Shown: piece by piece, positions 59,427 to 62,815 of the stretch
Numbering within the stretch: the stretch's first letter is position 1
Layout: each line of letters opens with the position of its first letter
Assembly (NCBI GenBank): GCA_036703985.1
Contig: DATNQN010000123.1
Coordinates: forward strand, 1 to 62,815
Source: Leptolyngbyaceae cyanobacterium
GTDB lineage: Bacteria > Cyanobacteriota > Cyanobacteriia > Cyanobacteriales > Aerosakkonemataceae
Reading direction: 5' to 3'
DNA length: 62,815 nucleotides
The notes under the pieces: generated by a model
What the model was told of the DNA's origin: nothing
Seen by the model: the letters and a program-made list of their open reading frames with translations, nothing else
Databases searched by the model: none
Made by a program: the position numbers and the translations under genes

Positions 59427-61583
59427 TCATTTTGGCACAGACCAAGAACGAACTTCGCCCAAAGTGACGGGAATTCTGTCACTCACATCAACGGTAAACC
59501 GATAAACCCTCTTCGCCCTGCGACTGTTTTCCGGATCGAAAAACTTTAATATCACATCCCAACAATCGCTATTAATCCGACAAAACGGGCTTTTTTCTAC
59601 TTCAATCGTATCGAGTTGCATTCCTCTGGAAATCGCTTCAGCGAAGCTCGAAGCTGCTTGGAAAGCGTTAGTAACGGAAAAATTCAACGCCCTGTCTTTA
59701 GAAGTTTGTCCTAAATTTTGGAACTCAAAATAAACTTTATTTACGAAGCTAATAAGAGCTTGTCGCATGGCAATTTCATCAACTTGCGGTGCTTGGGCAG
59801 CGACACTTTGCAAAGCTGCTTCGACTAAATTGTTGATTTTCCAACCGTACATTCCCCTGATATTGATTAAGGTAATTACGGGAATTTCTTGCCCTGAAAA
59901 TAGCTGCACGGTTTTATCGGTGGTTTTGGCGGGAATGCTGACACGTTCGATAAAATCATCGCTGTCTTCCGGTTCAATTTGTCCCGCCAACATCAGGATC
60001 AATGTTTCGTAGACATCCGCAGCAAAACCCTGTCTTGGTTCTAAGACATAAATGGGTTTAAGTTCTTGATTGAGCGTCCAAATTAAGGCTTTGGCTTCAC
60101 TGGGATTTTCTGAGAGATAATCGACCATTTGACGGGCATCGTAGGGATTGGGGGGAATTACTGTACCGTCAATTTCAAATGCTGGCATGAGTTGTTTGAA
60201 GGTGTCGCGCCTAGCTTCGCTGCCAAAGTCGTAACCGATGGTTCCCAAGGCGTAGACGAGTTTGGAGGCGGCGCTGGGAGTGATGCCTTCGGTGGGTTGA
60301 CTGGGGGTGAGGGTAACAACCGTTGTATTGGATGGTTGCGTTGTACCGCAGTCCGCCTGGGAATCAGTGATGCTGTTGGCGAATTCGGAAAACCTAACCC
60401 CCCAACCCCCTTCCCTCGCAGGGAAGGGGGAGTCCGAAAGCCCCTCTCCTCTTAGGGGAGGGGTTGGGGAGGGGTCATACCCCTCAGTTAATTTAGCAAC
60501 AGCATCGTTGATTTCCGGGTGAATTGTGCTAAAAGGTTGAATACTGGTTAACGGTTCTCCGGTTAGTAATTGGAATGCACCGGGAATATTTAATTTACCC
60601 ATTAAACAGCGTTCCGGTTCTTCTACTTCTTTAGGGTTGCAAGGAATAGCACTATTTAAAATAGCTTGGCGAACTGCCTCGGCATCGGGTTTTTCGCCGC
60701 GTTGCAGTTGTATGCTCATTAATAATGCTGAGATTCCGGTAACAATGGGTGCAGCGCAACTGGTGCCTTTTTCGCGAATCGGTTCGTCGGTTCCCGGTTG
60801 TGCGCCTAAGATATTTTCCCCATTTGCCATTACGCCTTTACTTTGATAATCTCCACCATAATTACTGAATTTAAAAGGTTGTCCGTCATCGCGGATTGCA
60901 CCGACAGTAAGGACTCCGGGAAGAATGGCAGGAATGCACCAACATTCTCCTTTGTTGTTGCCACCAGGAGCGACAATTAAAATATTATTGTCTTGGCATT
61001 GTTTGACAGCACGAGCAAATAATTCATGGGATACCCCTGTTTGAGTGGGGTGACAGGCGGCGATGTGGATAATGTTTGCGCCTGCTTTTAAGGCTTCGTT
61101 GATAGCGTGGGTGAGGTTAATGGGAGAGATGAAGTCATCGCCTGCGAAGGAAATGGGAATATTAATAGCCGTGCAATGGGGGGCAATGCCGGGGACGGGT
61201 GAACCGTGTTGTCCTAAGATGGTACTGGCAATGTGGGTGGCATGACTGGATAAGTCGATGCGTCTGCGAATCTGTTCGGGGAACCGGGCAAAAAAGGCTT
61301 CTCTTTCTTTTTTGGTTTCGTCCTTGTTGTGGTCTGGGTCTGCTTCTTTTTTGGCTTTTTGTTGTTGGTTAAATTCTGTAGCTAATTTAAGGTAGTAATA
61401 ATATTCGTCGTTTAGTTCGATATCTTCTGCCCAATAAGGTTTAAATTGGGTAATGTTTGCGCCAACAAAGCAACCCCGTTCTAAGTCTGCTGCACCGTCG
61501 AGGATGGCGATTTTGATGCGGGGGTCGCCTTTTGTCCGCTTCCAAAGTTCCGGTATTCCGGGGATGGTGATGAGGTCGGGCAT
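59427..61583 (-). CDS. patA: cyanobactin N-terminal protease PatA/AcyA homolog: S8 subtilisin-like domain plus PatA/PatG-type C-terminal domain
   Basis: Catalytic triad blocks ILDGAADLERGCF (Asp), SHATHIASTILGQHGSPVPGIAPHC (His) and GTSCAAPIVTGISALLMS (Ser). The C-terminal ~250 aa, ending CRINSDCWDVILKFFDP...YRFTVDVSD..PVTLGEVRSWSV, match the domain shared by PatA and PatG. Confidence 0.8.
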   Translation of the reverse strand: MPDLITIPGIPELWKRTKGDPRIKIAILDGAADLERGCFVGANITQFKPYWAEDIELNDEYYYYLKLATEFNQQQKAKKEADPDHNKDETKKEREAFFARFPEQIRRRIDLSSHATHIASTILGQHGSPVPGIAPHCTAINIPISFAGDDFISPINLTHAINEALKAGANIIHIAACHPTQTGVSHELFARAVKQCQDNNILIVAPGGNNKGECWCIPAILPGVLTVGAIRDDGQPFKFSNYGGDYQSKGVMANGENILGAQPGTDEPIREKGTSCAAPIVTGISALLMSIQLQRGEKPDAEAVRQAILNSAIPCNPKEVEEPERCLMGKLNIPGAFQLLTGEPLTSIQPFSTIHPEINDAVAKLTEGYDPSPTPPLRGEGLSDSPFPAREGGWGVRFSEFANSITDSQADCGTTQPSNTTVVTLTPSQPTEGITPSAASKLVYALGTIGYDFGSEARRDTFKQLMPAFEIDGTVIPPNPYDARQMVDYLSENPSEAKALIWTLNQELKPIYVLEPRQGFAADVYETLILMLAGQIEPEDSDDFIERVSIPAKTTDKTVQLFSGQEIPVITLINIRGMYGWKINNLVEAALQSVAAQAPQVDEIAMRQALISFVNKVYFEFQNLGQTSKDRALNFSVTNAFQAASSFAEAISRGMQLDTIEVEKSPFCRINSDCWDVILKFFDPENSRRAKRVYRFTVDVSDRIPVTLGEVRSWSVPK
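60393..60476. repeat. GC-rich palindromic small dispersed repeat inserted in-frame in the patA-like linker (encodes PPLRGEGLSDSPFPAREGGWGV)
   Basis: Two adjacent hairpins CCCCCTTCCC-TCGCA-GGGAAGGGGG and CCCCTCTCC-TCTTA-GGGGAGGGG, flanked by CCCCAACCCCC / GGGGTTGGGG. Related to the element at 53942-53991. Confidence 0.5.
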
Positions 61584-61926
61584 TGGGGGATTTTAGTTAA
61601 ATGCTTAGTCGAAAATGTATTTTACGTGAATTGGTTTACCCTCAAGGATAAGATTTATAACTATAGAGATATGTGTAGGTTGGGTTTCGTTCCTCAACCC
61701 AACATTCATTCATCGATTGTGTTGGGTTTCGCTGTCGTTCGATCCAAGCTACAGTAAATAAGTTTGCAAAAGTCGCAGTCCCGTTTTGCTTCGCCACCGT
61801 GCCAGCTAACGGAAAACCCGGAACTGACTCATGTTTTACGTCAATTCATTGAGGCAAACAGAGCGCAATCGTGAGGTGGAAAAAGAGTTTTGACATGAGT
61901 TGAGGTAAGTGGTTGAATCGGGGCAG

Positions 61927-62103
61927 TTACTCCGCGTCGTCGCCCACAAACGGAGTTTGATAACAAAAATACCTATCTTCCGTTTTATCACAATGAGTAA
62001 ATCCGAAAAGGGGAACCACCCCTTTTTTTCCCGCCCAAGAAGTGGCAGTGATTTCGCGTTGCACAGGAGCAACTTGTTGGGGTCTAATATTTTTCTTTCT
62101 CAT
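61927..62103 (-). CDS. cyanobactin (anacyclamide-type) precursor peptide, 58 aa from the internal Met
   Basis: Leader MRKKNIRPQQVAPVQRE carries the conserved KKNxxPxQxxPVxR cyanobactin motif. C-terminal ...CYQTP-FVGDDAE-stop is the F(A/V)GDDAE C-terminal recognition tail, preceded by Pro. Confidence 0.7.
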   Translation of the reverse strand: MRKKNIRPQQVAPVQREITATSWAGKKGVVPLFGFTHCDKTEDRYFCYQTPFVGDDAE

Positions 62104-62177
62104 GATTGTTTGTTTCAAGCTTACTTGTTGGGATTGATTATTGACTTAATCCATTGGCTTGTCAATGCTGATACAGA

Positions 62178-62339
62178 TTACTCTGCGTCGTCGTCCGCAA
62201 AAGGAACGGCGTGGACCCACAAGGACGCCCCCACACCCACGGCGGCGGCGAACATAGCCAGCGGGCCGCGGGAGGTGCTACCAGCTTGGGGACGTTCAAC
62301 GGGAGCAGCCTGAGTGGGTTTTAGGTTTCTTTTTTTCAT
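62178..62339 (-). CDS. cyanobactin (anacyclamide-type) precursor peptide, 53 aa from the internal Met
   Basis: Leader MKKRNLKPTQAAPVERP. C-terminal ...GVGAS-LWVHAVP-FADDDAE-stop. Second precursor gene 60 bp upstream of the first, same strand. Confidence 0.7.
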   Translation of the reverse strand: MKKRNLKPTQAAPVERPQAGSTSRGPLAMFAAAVGVGASLWVHAVPFADDDAE

Positions 62340-62529
62340 GGTGTTTGAGTTCGGAGAGAACTTGTTTGATGCCAATTGTTGATTACTTAATAACTTCTGT
62401 CAAGATTCTATTGAGTTAACTTTTGTCAATGGCTCAAATACCACCCAAAACGCAACATTGAGTAGATTTTAAACTTTTATATAATAATCCTTGAGGGCGC
62501 GCATTTTATTAATAATAATGATATCGTTC

Positions 62530-62815
62530 CTACTCAACCAAACGCTTATGGGTAGTCTTCGACTCAGCTATCCAACTCATGTAAGGTTTAAGATGGCGTT
62601 CCACAAACTCCAACATCGGTGGATTGCGGCTACTAACAGCATAAGCATAATAGGGAATTGCGCGATCGTACTGACGCTGAAATGACTCTGCCATTAGCAC
62701 GATTCCTCGTCCCAAACGCTGCCATCTTTTGTCCACAAACATAGAGGTGTAGCGAAGTGTGTCAGGTGCAACGCGGTGAGTTACCATCCAACCCACGACT
62801 TCACCTTGATAGCGC
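62530..62815 (-). CDS. GNAT-family N-acetyltransferase, N-terminally truncated by the window edge
   Basis: VDKRWQRLGRGIVLM equals the acetyl-CoA-binding (R/Q)xxGxG/A motif. The reading frame is open to the last base of the window. Confidence 0.4.
   Translation of the reverse strand, partial: RYQGEVVGWMVTHRVAPDTLRYTSMFVDKRWQRLGRGIVLMAESFQRQYDRAIPYYAYAVSSRNPPMLEFVERHLKPYMSWIAESKTTHKRLVE

Noticed and set aside
61909-62313. 134-aa plus-strand ORF spanning the two cyanobactin precursor genes
   Set aside because: It is antisense to two short genes that have strong family-specific motifs, and it has no start or stop context or motif of its own.
1-62815. tRNA/rRNA genes
   Set aside because: No cloverleaf-compatible ~75-nt segment with a T-loop GTTCRANYC motif and no rRNA-like conserved blocks were seen in any intergenic region.

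Overview
This 62.8-kb window looks like a chromosomal segment from a filamentous, probably heterocyst-forming (Nostocales-type) cyanobacterium. The grounds are: the HIP1 octamer GCGATCGC is scattered throughout, almost every intergenic spacer carries STRR-type tandem heptamer/decamer repeats, and the gene set includes psaD, a DevBCA-type exporter, pentapeptide-repeat proteins and several hybrid histidine kinases. I can support about 50 protein-coding genes, and I found no rRNA, tRNA or CRISPR array.

The most notable regions are:
- **Cyanobactin locus fragment at the right edge (59.4-62.4 kb).** A PatA/AcyA-type subtilisin protease carrying the PatA/PatG C-terminal domain sits directly after two small precursor-peptide genes. 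Both precursors have the leader motif KKNxxPxQxAPVxR and a C-terminal F(A/V)(D/G)DDAE recognition tail, and both cores look novel. No PatG-like macrocyclase and no heterocyclase is visible; a truncated GNAT-like gene lies at the window edge instead. The patA gene also carries an in-frame GC-rich palindromic small dispersed repeat.
- **Zur-type zinc island (9.7-14.0 kb).** It contains znuCB, a divergent znuA, a SufE-like gene and a His-rich COG0523 GTPase, with two palindromic Zur boxes.
- **A four-gene co-directional run** of TrpE-like synthase, PhzF-like isomerase, an HsdR_N-like PD-(D/E)xK protein and a Uma2 nuclease.
- **Two tandem paralogous pentapeptide-repeat genes** bracketing a membrane protein and flanked by unusually AT-rich, ORF-free spacers, plus a separate bipartite 879-aa pentapeptide-repeat protein.
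- **Mobile and repeat relics:** an IS200/IS605 TnpB N-terminal fragment fused against a histidine kinase stop codon, a MITE-like nested inverted-repeat element, and composite STRR elements recurring at four loci.
- **A conserved 30-bp terminator palindrome** (GAAACCCGGTTTCTTSAAGAAACCGGGTTT) used after three unrelated genes.
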